The notes beneath the pieces are model-generated. The model searched no databases. It saw nothing but the letters and a program-made list of their open reading frames with translations, and was not told the DNA's origin. From Octopus vulgaris (lineage: Eukaryota): a stretch of 64,000 nt of DNA. Of the stretch, positions 1 through 13,375 are shown in pieces. The stretch is taken from the NCBI GenBank assembly GCA_951406725.2, contig OX597824.1:94798001-94862000 (forward strand), written 5' to 3'. The position numbers were made by a program, and so were the translations under genes. Every line of letters begins with the position of its first letter. Position 1 is the first letter of the stretch.

Positions 1-803
1 ACAGAACATTGGAGAGTGATATAAAGGCATGAGAAAACCATTTTTTTTCTGATTACAGAAGGAAGATTTTGCTTTTTTATAAGGATTATTTTGCTGAAGA
101 TAGGAAATAGGTGTGTCTTGCAGTTGTTGTTAACGAGTTCAAATTTCTAACAGCATGCATGTCTTGCTACGTTTATGAGGGACTTTCAGTGATTTCAAGG
201 CAGCTTTGAAAAGAAAGGGAATAGCTGTGTTAACTTGGTTCAAATCTGTAGCAGTAAGCATGTCTTGCAAGTTAGTTCAAAGCCATTCTTGTGCAAATGT
301 CTGGTCTGGCCATCGTAGATTATTCCATTTCAGTTTGGTTAGAGTTAGCGAAGATGGAGAATATGGTACTGTTGTGGTGAGAACCACGACACCCCCCTGC
401 AAGAATAGACTTGACCGAATGACTATAAATAGTAGCGGTCTGAGTGAAAGACAGGGAGAGACGGCGATAATTGCATATATGTTGTAAGGTGTTGTTTTAG
501 TAGTTTGTTGGTTTGTGTATCAGTGAATTTATTGAAAGCTGAATGAGAGTAGTGAATATGGCCTAAGTGAATGGACTTGCACTTAACATGCACCCAAATG
601 CTGGGAGATGACACCTGAGTGGTCAACATGGTCCAGAATCTCTGAGTTTCTTGTGTGACTTTAGGTAGCTGTTGCCCTTAAGGGTGGTTATTGTTCTTAT
701 CTCATTTTCTTTTTATAAATTTTTATGTGACCCACTCATGTTGTATGGTGTCCTTTGTACTGTCTCATTGTCTCTGAACCCTTGTAACTAATAAAAAAAA
801 AAA
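1..803 (+). mobile_element. Degraded 3' end of an L1/Tx1-like LINE
   Basis: Ends in AATAAA merged with an A-run at about 790-803. Decayed coding-like text upstream (e.g. CISEF(I)ES.RVVNM near 515-560) recalls Tx1 ORF2 C-termini. Family call from memory. Confidence 0.4.
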
Positions 804-1129
804 TGCTGTTTTTGTCTCTATTGCCTAGTTTTTTTTGTTAAGTAGGACAAAATTTTATTTTAAATGTGAGCAATACAATTATATTATTTATACACAACCA
901 CAAGACACACTAGTTGCTGCAACTTTTCAATCCATTCCTTTGTTAGTCTTGACTTTATGCAAACATTGCTACCATTTTTAAGGCTCCAACCATATTTCTT
1001 CATTGAGAATTTGTGTGAAATTCCTTTGTAGCTTTGTTTACTTATTAAAATCTTACAGTCGTTATATAGAAATTGTAATCATTATTATATGTGGTAAGTC
1101 TTCTTTGTCCTTGATAAACCTCAAACAGA

Positions 1130-1500
1130 CTTGTTTAAATCTTCCTCAACAAAGCTACTTAAATATATGTTTAAAATGAGGACCGCATATTCAAATTCTT
1201 AAAACACTAGAACGGTATGTTTGCATTAAAAATAGGATTGTCACTACTAGAGTGTCGGTAAAACAAATTTTCTTTAGTTGTAACAGTGATTACTTTCTGG
1301 ACCTTTTTTATGCAAAATATTTCAAGTCGAAAATTTTTTTTTTACATATCTCAGAGACACACTACCCATAATTTTGCTGCTAGAATTTCAGTATACAAAA
1401 GAAGCCTAAGTGCTTCTCTTCCATTTCTAGTTGATATCTGTGCATCTAAATTAAAAGTATTTCCTAGCTTGATAAAGGCATGTATTTTTCCAAGCATTTC
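1130..1500 (-). mobile_element. Possible highly degraded CR1-type RT relic
   Basis: Minus-strand remnants read EKHLG and EFEYAV, like the CR1 EKDLG and LEYA motifs. Many stops and frameshifts. Confidence 0.3.
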
Positions 1501-1639
1501 TGCTATTCATTCCTTAGTTTGAAATGAATGTGCACAGCTATTATAATCCTATTAAAGGTTATTTGTAACCATCTTCCTTTCATAGATGCATATCACTTCT
1601 AAGGTACCCCAGCATATATTTATTGTTGAAATCATACCA

Positions 1640-1741
1640 AGGCAGACACTGGAGCTTGGCACAGTCTTCTTGGCTCGTCATTTCCTATAGAACCATCCAA
1701 GCCATGCCAGCCTGGAAGATGAACATTAAACAATGATGATG
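1640..1741 (+). mobile_element. Family C retroposon 3' fragment ((GAT)n tail)
   Basis: Ends ccatgccagcctggaagatgaacattaaacaatgatgatg, matching the family C 3' end seen about 15 times in the window. Confidence 0.65.
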
Positions 1742-2561
1742 TTTATAATTTCTTTTTTAATAATATTTAATTGGTAATGGTTTATACCAGGCTGTGGAGT
1801 CGAAACAAGAAACTTCGACTCTGACTCCTCTTCTGTTGGCACCTCCGACTCCTCTATGTAATTAAGTGATTGTGGTCTATTTTACTGACCCCCGTCTCCT
1901 GCTACCCCTTAATTGTTTCCAACTCTGACTCCACATAGTTTATACATATCTTGCCTTAAAAGACATGGAGTCAGCTTGTTCTCAATGTTGGTAATAATCT
2001 TATTTGTGTGTAGCTTTTTTGATATGTGATATAAAACTCTGAAACTGCCAACATATGGTCATACAACCCTAGAAGTAAGAGAGACAAGAGCCTAGCACTA
2101 GTGTGTAAATAACTATTGCAAACTCTGGCGATGAGCTGACGGAAGCATTGAAAGAGATTCTTTGAGCATTTCTTCCGGCTCTGTACATTCTGAGTTCAAA
2201 TATCACCTATGTCACTTTTATCTGTCCAACCTATGTCAGCATGGATAATGCACATTAAAGGATGATGATGATGATGATGATTAGTGTATCATAAAAATGT
2301 TTTGCTTTTTAAATAAAAAGTAAAATAATATCCCAACTTCAATTAAAAACACACAAAAAAAAAAATACAAAAGTGCCTTTTCGATTACAAGTTCTTTAAA
2401 CAATCATAATATAACTTCTTGATTTTCATTTAGAAAAAATATTTTATACATAAAGGAAGATAATAATTTGAATTTTTTAAAGTTTATTTTCGGAAAACAG
2501 GTAGTCATTGAAACATTTGGTTTTTAGATGGAGGGAGGAGGAATTTCACACAATGCTTTTC

Positions 2562-2823
2562 TAGGGGTTCCAACAATATTTTTACCTATAGATCCCTTTG
2601 ATTCCTATTTTATTCTGAGGGACCCTCCTGGCTATTTGATGTTTAAAAAAATCCTATTATATTTTGCTAATTAAACATTATATAGGAATTGTATTAAAAA
2701 AATTGTTAAATATTTTGTGTATTGTAGCGGTATAAGCAATTTTGTTGCCAATAAATTTTAGCCACAGAATCTTACGTGGCCCTCTCCCCCAAAGACCATA
2801 TTGACTCTGGTTGTGAACCACTG
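2562..2823 (-). mobile_element. hAT-type MITE (same family as 23424-23671)
   Basis: Termini taggggttccaac and gttgtgaaccactg. Body is homologous in reverse to 23424-23671. Confidence 0.6.
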
Positions 2824-4600
2824 GTTTGTATGAACTCCACACTTGCTTAGAGCACTTGTCGAATTGACAGTGTTGCTAACTTGTGACAGCTAAACAGATA
2901 AGGCTGCCTGGAGTAATTGTTGATGTTAGAGAAATGAATAGTACGGCTCTGGTGGCAGGACTTTGATTATTTCACATTTTATTGACTTTTGCAGTTCATA
3001 TTTTTTATCATTGAAACTTAATATTGAAGGAGGTTAGTAGGCCACGTAGTATTTGAAAACAAATTCATAGTTAAATTTGACTAATAAATATCTTTGAAAA
3101 TAAAGACTTCGAAATTCCATGTTTTATGTATTTTTTGTTAGTTTGATGTGTAAATTTATTCATCTTGATAACATTTGTTTCAATATGTCAGAGAGTTTTA
3201 TGATGATAATAAGCCAGACAATGTATTGAGGTTATTGAAAAATTAAGATTTACACAACTTAGAGTGTTAGTAACAATATAATAGATTCTGGCCTTCTCTA
3301 CCTGTAAGGTGTTAATTACAAGTGTGCATTATGTTGTTCAGTATGCAGTTGAGATTCCGGGTTCCTTCCAGATTGTTAATGACATTATCCAACCTTGACA
3401 TATGTGTCAATTAAATATTGTTGAGAAACAAGTGTTCCTGATTTGTAAAAGACATTTGAAGCCACCTCTCTGTGCAAGACAGTAAAACTATTTGCATAGA
3501 TTCTTTACTTCAAAGCTGGGTTCATTGTTCTTCAACATGGTCTACATTATTGTACCATCCAGTTTTATCATTGTGAAATAAGAGCGTAACTCTTATTTCA
3601 CAAAATCAGGTCAGGACGACAAATGTGAGATCGTTGTTGGTGACACATTTCTTAGATGAATTATGATGCCTCTATTTTCTCACGGAGTTCTATGTTCACC
3701 AGCGAGTTCATTTCTTGTAGGAAAATTACACTGACTGATGTTGGAGGCCTTGTCTTGTAGTTCTGTTGACATTTATGGGGCACTGTATTTTCTATAAGTG
3801 CATGTGTCTGTTCATTTATATATTTTTTATATAGTTCAGTGTATGCGGTATGAAAATCATTTCTTGTTTTGTGTCTATACTAAGTAAGCATTTTGAATTT
3901 GGAAGTACTGTTACCAATGATTTTCAACTTAGCTGACCATATTGCTGGGTACAGAGTCAAAATAGATGCACTCATTAGGCTTAAGGTTGAATATTTTTAC
4001 CCCATCTCCTAATTTTTTTTTTTATGATGCTCTTTATTTTTTTAAATTTAGTCTTTAGATTTTTATGTTTTGAATGTCAGATTCAGAATTTATTTTTAAA
4101 AAAGTGACAGAAACTGATAAGAGTTAAATGGTGTAAAGCCGCAGTATTGTTTTTTTTCTTTCTTTTTTGGTCTTTTTCACAAAAATATTTTGTTTCATTT
4201 TTAGAAAAGTGCAAATGTTTTTGCATTTGAAAGCATTTGTTGTTTCACTTTCTGAAAATTTCAAGTGTTTCAGTTTCAATTTATTAAGGATGACAGTGTA
4301 ATGAATTCAAATGCAAATGAAATATTTATTAAAAGGGGAAAAAATACTTCAGCTGTAAATCCTCTAACCCTTGTTCAGTTTTTGATTAAAAAAAAGGAAT
4401 TAATTAAAAAAAAAATTTTTTTACACATTTTGAATCTAATGTTCAAAACAAAAATATAAGAACCATTAAAAACAGAGAAGTTTAAAAATTCTCTGCTAAA
4501 AGGAATAATTGCCAAAATAGAATAGTATGTCTGTCTATGAATTCTTAAAACACTCTTCTGGTTTAGTAACTTTTGTACCAAATAAAAATAAAAAAAAAGA

Positions 4601-4806
4601 ACTCTACTTTTTACTCTTACTCTTTTACTTCTTTCAGTCATTTGACTGTGGCCATGCTGGAGTACTGTCTTTGGTCGAGCAAATCGACCCCAGGACTTAT
4701 TCTTTGTAAGCCTAGTACTTATTCTATCGATCTCTTTTGCCGAACCACAAAGTTACGGGGACGTAAACACACCACCATCGGTTGTCAAGTGATGTTGGGG
4801 TGGGGA

Positions 4807-4868
<62 letters not shown>

Positions 4869-5043
4869 ATATACATGATGACGGCTTCTTTCAGTTTCCG
4901 TCTACCAAATCCACTCACAAGGCTTTGGTCAGCCCAAGGCTATAGTAGAAGACACTTGCCCAAGGTGTCACACAGTGGGACTGAACCTGGAATGATGTGG
5001 TTGGTAAGCAAGCTACCTACCACACAGGCCACTCCTGTGCCTA
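4601..5043 (-). mobile_element. Family A tRNA-derived SINE with internal (CA)n(TA)n
   Basis: Minus strand has a tRNA-like head (A box TGGCCTGTGTGG, B box GGTTCAGTCCC), a central microsatellite and an (AAAAGAGT)n tail. Near-identical copies at 6092, 10849, 25686 and 53458. Confidence 0.9.
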
Positions 5044-5499
5044 CGATTACAATTTTTAATATCTTTTTTCCTAAAATTATTAACATCCTCATTCTTTGTA
5101 TCAAAAAAAGTAGTTTCACTCCATGAAGGTCAGGTTGCAGAAGAGGAAGTTGTATTTTACTATTGACCTGGTGACAAGTTTTTGGTGCTCATTTCTAAAT
5201 TTCAGAGAATGTCAGTGAGGATAGGATCTGTCCATTTCTCTTAAGTCTGCAACTTGTTTTGTTCTCTTGTTTCATTTGAGCACCAAATTGTCTCTGATGT
5301 GACCTTCTTCTTTGAATATTTATCAAATTACACAACTGTTTCTCATTTCATATTTTTTTCGCCATCTTTGAGTTTGTTCCTCAAGTTTCTTGATATTTTG
5401 CTCACTGTTCCGCATTCGAACAATTCACCACACTTCTTTTCTTTACCAGCATTAACCCTTTTATTACTGTATTTCTTTTGAGATGCCCTGTGTTTCTTT

Positions 5500-5678
5500 C
5501 AATTACATTATATATAACAAAGCATTTAGTAAAATTACTTAGTTATCATTAAGCTAGTGTTAGGAAGATAAATTGTGACTAAGGTTTGGTGGAAGATTTT
5601 AATTCAAAACTTATGAAAACAAGACATTTGTACACAGACCCAGGCCGGTTTCAGCCGGGTTGGTAACGAAAGGGTTAA
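5500..5678. mobile_element. piggyBac-type MITE end (family D2)
   Basis: Ends AAAGGGTTAA. Reverse-complement homologue at 63836-64000 begins TTAACCCTTTT. Confidence 0.65.
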
Positions 5679-5684
5679 TACCAC

Positions 5685-5934
5685 TGTAAAGTGGTTGGCA
5701 TTTGGAAGGGCATCCAGCTGTGAAAATCCTTGCCAAAACTAAACTTGCCTCTGCTAGTGCCACGTAAAAAGCACTAAGTCCACTCTGCAGAGTGGTTGGT
5801 GTTAGGAAAGGCATCCAGGCATAAAAACCCTGCCAAAACGAACATGGGGTAGTCTTCTGCCTGGCCAGCTCCTGTCAGCCGTCCTAACCATGCATCCATG
5901 GAAGACGGACATTAAACAATGATGATAATGATGA
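5685..5934 (+). mobile_element. Family C retroposon 3' portion
   Basis: Contains gtggttggtgttaggaaaggcatccag and ends gacattaaacaatgatgataatgatgat. Confidence 0.75.
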
Positions 5935-6091
5935 TAGTTAGGCATTTGTACTCTGTCATTTTGGTCTTTTCCTGTTGGGTTTATCTTAGGCCTTCTCTTT
6001 TATTTCTTCTCTTTCTTTGTCTCTCATCTTCTGCCTTTTTTACTCAATTCCTTTTTTTTTTTGTTGGATTTCAAGTCTTCAGATTTGTTCC

Positions 6092-6480
6092 ATAGACGTA
6101 GGAGTGGCTGTGTGGTAAGTAGCTTGCTTACCAACCACATGGTTCCAGGTTCAGTCCCACTGCGTGGCACCTTGGGCAAGTGCCTCCTACTATAGCCTCG
6201 GGCTGACCAAAGCCTTGTGAATGGATTTGATAGACGGAAATTGAAAGAAGCCCGTCGTAAATGTGTGTGTGTGTGTGTGTGCGTGCCAGTATGTTTGCGT
6301 GTCTGTGTTTGTTCCCCCAACATTGTTTGACAACCGATGGTGTAACTTAGCGGTTAAGCAAAAAGAGACCGATAGAATAAGTACTAGGCTTCCAAAGAAT
6401 AAGTCCTGGGGTTGATTTGCTCGACTAAAGACGGTGCTCCAGCATGGCCACAGTCAAATGACTGAAACAAGTAAAAGAGT
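6092..6480 (+). mobile_element. Family A tRNA-derived SINE
   Basis: Head ggagtggctgtgtggtaagtagcttgc...ggttcagtccc, (TG)n centre, tail gactgaaacaagtaaaagagt. Confidence 0.9.
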
Positions 6481-6487
6481 GAAGTTT

Positions 6488-6690
6488 TTAACCTTTTAGC
6501 ATTGGGATCACTCTGTCAAATTAATGCTTGTTCGTTAACATTGTTTTCAGTTAATTATGCATTAATCTCATTGCTTCAAGATTCTGATGATGTATGCTTT
6601 AGAATGACATTGTAGGGTAGGTGTGAGAAGCTGGATCTAGCCAATTTGAACATAAAACAGAATATTTGGGTTATAATATGGGCGTTTTAG
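6488..6690. mobile_element. piggyBac-type MITE (family D), right end degraded
   Basis: Starts TTAACCTTTTAGCATT. Body matches 15709-15936. Confidence 0.75.
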
Positions 6691-7221
6691 ACAATTAGAT
6701 GTGAAGTGAGAATGAAATTTGCAAGGTAAAAAATTTGCTTTTACTAGCGATAGATTTGAACGCTAATTGAATGGGATTAGATCTGTTATCATCTAAAATA
6801 TTTAAAAAAAAAAAAAGTAAACTAAAAGAAAAAAAATTTTGTTCTAGAAAATGTTTTTTTTTATTAAAACATAAGAAAACATGTTTTGTTTCCTTTCGGA
6901 GTATAACATACAAATACAAACCATAATTAGAATAGTATTTTCGATGACTCCAGTTTTTAAATAATTCTTAATAACCTTGAAATAGATTTTGAATTGAAAA
7001 AAAGAAAATACAAAGATTCTAATTGGAATTCATTTTCATATATTTCAGATCTGAAGTAAAAAAAAAAAATCATTGTTTATAAATTATGGACAGTTGAAGT
7101 CGTTTATAGATTTTCAACCTCTTCAAAGTGAGCTTGTTTCTAGGTGAGATGTTTTTCTTTATTCTATATAATCTATTCCATGTTCTTATGTAATGATAAT
7201 AATAATAATAAGAAGAAGACT

Positions 7222-7432
7222 TTTTACTATAGGCACAAGGCCTGAAATTTTGGTGGAAGGGAAAATGTTAATTACATTGGTTCCTGTGCTCAAATGGTGC
7301 TCATTTCATTGACACCAAAAGAATGTAAGGCAAAACTGACTTTGGTGGACTTTGAACTTAGAATGTAAAAATGAACAAAATGCTGCTAAGCGTTTTGTCC
7401 AGCATGCTAACAACTCTGCCAACTCACCACCT
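7222..7432 (-). mobile_element. Family B SINE
   Basis: Reverse-complement homologue of 18396-18585 and 39491-39872, with head ggtgagttggcagagttgttagcatgctgg. Confidence 0.7.
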
Positions 7433-7489
7433 TAATAATAATAATATTGATAATAATAATAATACCACCACCACCACCAACAACAATAA

Positions 7490-7850
7490 TAATTGTTGTT
7501 TACTGTCCACTTCTTTTACACTTGCTTGGCTCAGGAGGCAGAATTTGTTGAGGCAAATTTTCACAGCCAGATGCCCTTCCTGTTGCCAACCCTCACTTAT
7601 TTCCAAGCAAGGTACTATTTCCCCCATGGCCAAACATGTCTTTTACAGAAGATTGGTATTGCTTGTGTGACAGTGCTGCCTCTTTACGACCATCACGTAA
7701 TAACAATACAAAGACCCCCCCCACATACACACACACAAAAGCCTCTTTCACCTTCCATTCATCAAATCCACCCACAGGGTCTTGGTTGGCCTGGGGCTAC
7801 AATAGAAGACACTTGCCATGAAGCCAGCTTCTTCACTACACAGCCTGTAA
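7490..7850 (-). mobile_element. Composite SINE: family A head with family C-like tail
   Basis: Contains gatgcccttcctgttgccaacc (C-like) and aatagaagacacttgcc (A-like). Same layout as 46005-46397. Confidence 0.6.
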
Positions 7851-7869
7851 CTAAATATAATAGTAATAA

Positions 7870-8082
7870 TGGTTTCAAATTTTGGCACAAGGCCAGCAAT
7901 TTTGGGGAAGGGCTAAGTCGATTGCATCGACCCCAGTGATCAGCTGCTACTTATTTTATAGAATCCAAAAGGATGAAAGGTAAACTCTACCTTAGTGGAG
8001 TTTGATCCCAGAATATAACCACAGACAAAATGCTGTTGAACATTTTGCCTGGAATGCTAACGATTCTGCCAGCTCGCTGCCT
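7870..8082 (-). mobile_element. Family B SINE
   Basis: Contains ggatgaaaggtaaactctacc and ctaacgattctgccagctcgctgcc. Confidence 0.75.
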
Positions 8083-9033
8083 TGTAAATATATGGAAAAT
8101 ATTACCTCAATATAAGCTTGCCACCTTAAAAATAATATTAATAATGTTGATGATAATGATGTTAATTCTTTTAATATTCAAGATTTAATCTGGGTTGTTT
8201 TTAATCATACCTTTTAAAAGCAAACTGATTGTCTGCTGAGATTTGTATATAATTAGTGAAATGCTAAGAAAGAATTATGAATAATTATTTTTTACATTTC
8301 CAGCTACCTTTTGAAGCGAAATTTTTCATTTTTAATTATATTTATTTTTAATTTGATTTACATAATTCCTAGCATTTTAGTTTCTTTCCAATATCTTATA
8401 ATAATAATTTCAGCAAACTGAAATATGAAATAATTTAAATCTTTTCATTTTCATTGGTGAATTATAATGAAATTGTAGTGGGGTGGGGGGTGGAAGAGGG
8501 GGAGAGAAAAACGAGAGAGAGAGAGAGATGTGTATAAGTAACTCAAGCCATATTTTATATTGGTTGCTACTACAATTTGGTTGCTTTATTATTAGATAAT
8601 AAGTATAATTAAAACTGCTTATTAGCATAGTTGACTTGCTAATATGTAAGTGTAAATAAAATCTCAGGTAGTTATTTGAAAATACCATTAATGTACAGCA
8701 TTAAAGTCAAGGTAGACATTCATTTATCAGCTAATGGATGACATTGCATAGAAGATTCTTTGAAAATTACAATATTATAGAATTACTAATTGATGATCAA
8801 ACTACTAAAATGATACAGTAAATTACACAAGTAATTATCTTTAGTTGTTTAATATGGTTTGATTATATCATTAGGTATTTGTTAATTCATTCAGTTATAA
8901 TAATAGAAAAATATTCTACACCTTTAAATCAAATTTCTGTCTTAAATAAAGGGGTACGTTGGTCTTTGCAGTCTAAGATATATTGTATGAAAAAGAAAAA
9001 GAAAAATAATGCATGTTGTTGGTCATGGCTGAT

Positions 9034-9360
9034 ATCATCATCATCGTTTAACGTTCGCTTTCCATGCTAGCATGGGTTGGACGATTTTGACTGAGGGCTG
9101 GTGAACCAGATGGCTGCACCAGGCTCCAATCTTAATTTGGCAGAGTTTCTACAGCTGGATGCCCTTCCTAATGCCAACCACTCCGAGAGTGTAGTGGGTG
9201 CTTTTTACGTGCCACCGGCACAGGGGCCAGTCAGGCGGTACTGGCAACGACCTTGCTCGAATTCTTTTTACACATGCCACCGGCACAGGTGCCAGTAAGG
9301 CGACATTGGTAATGATCACGTTCAAATGGTGCCCTTTTACGTGCCACCGGTACGGAAGCC
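9034..9360 (-). mobile_element. Family C retroposon with internal gtgcttttacgtgccaccggcac subrepeats
   Basis: Begins with (CAT)n, the reverse of the GAT tail. Near-identical in reverse to 52592-52901. Confidence 0.85.
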
Positions 9361-10540
9361 AGTTGGTTGCTCGTTTTTCATACATAGATCTTGTGAAGGA
9401 TGAGGGTGGTGTGAAGTGGGGGTCATGAGATGACCACTCATAGTCTGAAGCTTCATAGATGGTGAGAAGATAGAGAGAGGGAGAGAGAGGGGGGTATGAG
9501 TGCTAGAGGAATGAGATGATTGAAGTGAATGGAGAGATGAGTAAAAGGGGGAGAATGGTCAACAGGTAGATGAGATGGGAAGGCCAGGGGTACAAAAGGG
9601 TGTCTGCAACAATAGGCTTGGCAGGATACAAACACACACACACACACATATATATCATGTTATTATTACATGGGTGCATTTAACCAGAAGTGACCAGGTC
9701 TTCTGCAGCACTGCATACCCCCAATCACTATTGTCCTTTGCTTTCTCCAGTGAGCCACAACATCTTCTAGACAACCTCTAACACTTTGTCCTATGTCTTC
9801 CTTCGTCTTCCTCTTCCACAAGTTCCACTAATTTTGAGTGCACAGCTCTTCCTTATGTAGCAATCATCCTCTTGCACCATGTTACCTTATGTTTGGCTGC
9901 TACATTGCTCCTGCCACAAAACTGGTCCCTAGCTTTCAGTAGATTCTGTTGTAGAAACCCTCCCAGTTTTCTTCTATGTTATATAGGGCTTCTGCCTCCT
10001 TTTCATCATAATGTATCATCTAGAGAAGCTCTGGCAGGAAGATGTTTCAGAATGGCCACTGACTCTCAGTCCATCATCATCCTCATCACCTGCGCTCCAT
10101 GCTTGCATGGGTTAGCAGGTTTGACTGGAGCTGGAGAGCTGCACCAGGTTCCAGTCTGATTTGGCGTGGTTTCTACATGTAGTTTTTAATCTCTAATCAG
10201 TAACCAATGAATTCTGGTAAATTCATTATCAAGGAAGGAATTCATATATACGGCCACCTGTCTTTCCCTTTTCCTAGTGAGAGTGAAATCTACCTGGCTC
10301 GCCCATTCACTTGATTGGGAGGCGGTCAAGCAGTTTGTGTCTGCAAATGGTTAGCTCATTTGTTCCACAGAACTCCAAAAAGCCTTAACCCTTGCTGCAT
10401 TCCTAGAAGAACCATAACCATCTATTCCCAAGTAGCCATTATGGTGCTGCACAAATTTATTGAAGTCACCAACCATGATAATGCTGTTGCTCTCATTTAG
10501 TTATTGATGTGATTTGCAACATGGCCCCGTAACCCCCCCC

Positions 10541-10576
<36 letters not shown>

Positions 10577-10848
10577 TGGAAGAATTAGTTCACTCCCTCC
10601 TCTCAAGCTTACACTTTTTCAGTTTCTTTCTTGAGAAATTTCATATGAAATAATAGTGTTCGTTCACATAATGCTAGTTACTTATCTACAAATTGGTGTA
10701 TATGTGTTTGCTATTAACACGCATGTGTTTGGTATGTATGTTTTGTCTGTGTATTGTCAGTGTCTATTGATAAAGAGAAGTTATTTTTCAGTGTTGGTAT
10801 AGTAAGGAACAAAATTCTTGTTTTAAGTGTTCTAGAACCCAGAAATGT

Positions 10849-11061
10849 ACTCTCTCTCTTTTACTCTTTTACTTGTTTCAGTCATTTGACTGCGGCCATG
10901 CTGGAGCACCGCCTTTAGTCGAGCAACTCGACCCCGGGACTTATTCTTTTTGTAAGCCCAGTACTTATTCTATCGGTCTCTTTTTGCCGAACTGCTAAGT
11001 GACGGGGACGTAAACACACCAGCATCGGTTGTCAAGCAATGCTAGGGGAACAAACACACAC

Positions 11062-11110
<49 letters not shown>

Positions 11111-11278
11111 TACGACAGGCTTCTTTCAGTTTCCGTCTACCAAATCCACTCACAAGGCATTGGTCGGCCCGGGGCTATAGCAGAAGACACTTGCCCAAGA
11201 TGCCACGCAGTGGGATTGAACCCGGAACCATGTGGTTGGTTAGCAAGCTACTTATCACACAGCCACTCCTGCGCCTAT
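10849..11278 (-). mobile_element. Family A tRNA-derived SINE
   Basis: Full-length reverse copy with a (TA)n centre, highly similar to 53458-53900. Confidence 0.9.
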
Positions 11279-11805
11279 ACTGGAAGTTATTTTAGGCAAG
11301 AGGGGTTGTTTCAAAAGTTACATTAGTAAAAACATTTCAGTGCCACAATAAACTTTTTTGCTATAATTGCAGTATTCACAAACAGAAAAAGACACATGCG
11401 ATTTAGTATTATGCATATGGAAATAATGAAATTGGCATCATGAGACACTGTCTTTCAATAATAATTTTAATAACATAGCCATTTAGTGGAATGGCAAAGA
11501 GATATGAATCAGTGTTTTCTCAGAGACAGCTTTGTATCACTCTTTCTAGATTGCATTCATTTCTTGACGTAATGATAAAAATAATTGACAAGTTTTCATT
11601 TGAAAGGGATAAGTATATAGAACAGACTATAATTTTCAGAAAACTGCACCTTCTGCACTACCCGTGTCGAGTACAGACTCTTGACAATGCAACTGTTCAT
11701 GGTGAAGAAAAAAAAGAAAAGAGATTATGTAATTTTTTTTTGTCCTCTTTAGAACTTCCAACAATCTTGAATTTCTACAGGTGCTGCTGTGTTATAATGG
11801 GTTTA

Positions 11806-11991
11806 CTGGCAGACACGTTAGCACGCCGGGCGAAATGCTTAGTGGTATTTCGTCTGTTGTTACATTCTAAGTTCAAATTCCGCCAAGGTCGACTTTGCCT
11901 TTCATCCTTTCGGAGTCGATAAATAAAGTACCGGTTTCGCACTGGGATCGGTCCCCTCTATGTTTAGCCCCTTGTGAGCAATAAAGAAATA
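11806..11991 (+). mobile_element. Family B SINE
   Basis: ctggcagacacgttagcacgccgggcgaaatg...gttcaaattccgcc...gcctttcatcctttcggagtcgataaa...aataaagaaata. Confidence 0.8.
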
Positions 11992-12807
11992 TATAATGGG
12001 TTTACTGTCTTACTACAATACTGGCCAGGAATCAATTTGTGTTGCTTAAAGAACTAAGCTAAAAAGCATCTGATCAGAACTATCCTCCTTCCTAGTTGAG
12101 AAGGTCTTATCTAAACTACACTGTTAAACCAGACATTCCTTCATTGTTTTAAATCCCTTTGTGAGCCCCCCCTTATCCCTCATCAGCAATTTTTTTGTTT
12201 TCGTTAGTGTTGTAGTGATACTTGTCCTTATTTGGCTTCATATTATCTAAAAATCCTGACTCCTATTTCTTTTTTTTTTTACCACAAAACCTATATGAGT
12301 GTCACCAAGAACAAGAAATGTTCTGTTTCTCTTCTCTTCATTACATGAAATTACCATTTCTAAAAGCAATTCTATAATCTCTACCATTGCTCTGATCACA
12401 TTGCAGAACACTTTTAGAATTCAGTAATGTTACATTTGCCTTTCTATATTTCTAACCATGATAGGCAAATTCACGTTCATTTTGCATAATACACTGTCTG
12501 TCTCTTTTGATTTTTTTCAATAACTGCCGTTTCCTTTTAAGCCCCAGACCAAACCCCTTCATACCCAATCAACTTATTATGTCCATTTGCCATTAAGACA
12601 CTTCCTGTACACATTTGTATGTATTTGTTAAATTATATAGTATGAAGTTTGGTTCAGTCTTCTTCTATATTGATTTCATTTGAAAGGCATTTTTTGGCTT
12701 TTAAGTTATTTCCAAGAAACGCTTAATTCTTCCTCTTACTCTCATGTATGTGTGTTCAAAACTTATATATCAGAAGATTTATCATTCAGAATATATGTAA
12801 TATAATG

Positions 12808-13021
12808 ATTACAAATTTTGACACAAGGTCAGCAATTCCAGGAGAGGGGCCAGGTTGATTACATCATCCTCAGTGCTTAAGCTGGTACTTACTTTTTTTG
12901 GTCCCGAAAGGATGAAGGGTGAAGTTGACCTCAGCAGAATTTGAACTCAGAGTGTAAAGACAGACAAAATGCTGTTAAACATTTTGCCTGGCATACTAAC
13001 GATTCTGCTGGCTCACCACCT
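12808..13021 (-). mobile_element. Family B SINE
   Basis: Reverse copy containing cgaaaggatgaagggtgaagttgacc and ctgctggctcaccacc. Confidence 0.75.
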
Positions 13022-13029
13022 TGTAACTA

Positions 13030-13375
13030 TCATCATCATCATCGTTTAACATCAGTTTTCCATGCTGGTATGGGTTGGACGGTTTGACTGGGGACTGGCA
13101 AACCAGATGGCTGCGCCAGGCTCCAATCTTATCTGGCGATGTTTCTACAGCTGGATGCCCTTCCTAACACCAACCACTCCAAGAATGTAGTGGGTGCTTT
13201 TTATGTGTCACCGGCACGGGAGCCATCAGGCGGCACTGGCATTGACCACGTTTGGATGGTGCTTTTTACATGCCACCAGTACAGGAACCTGTTGGTGGGG
13301 CACTGGCATTGACCATGTTCGAACGGTGCTTTTTAAATGCAACCAGCACGGGAAGCCAGTCAGGTGGCACTGGCA
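13030..13375 (-). mobile_element. Family C retroposon
   Basis: (CAT)n start, then tttctacagctggatgcccttcctaac and three internal subrepeats. Confidence 0.8.

Noticed and set aside
4782-5126. Recurrent ORFs containing SFRLPNPLTR...GTEPGTMWLVSKL
   Set aside because: Antisense translations of family A SINE copies, not a gene family.
7049-7143. Possible 5' UTR exon (tttcAG| ... AG|GTGAGA)
   Set aside because: Only splice-like motifs, which are common in AT-rich DNA. It cannot be supported without transcripts.
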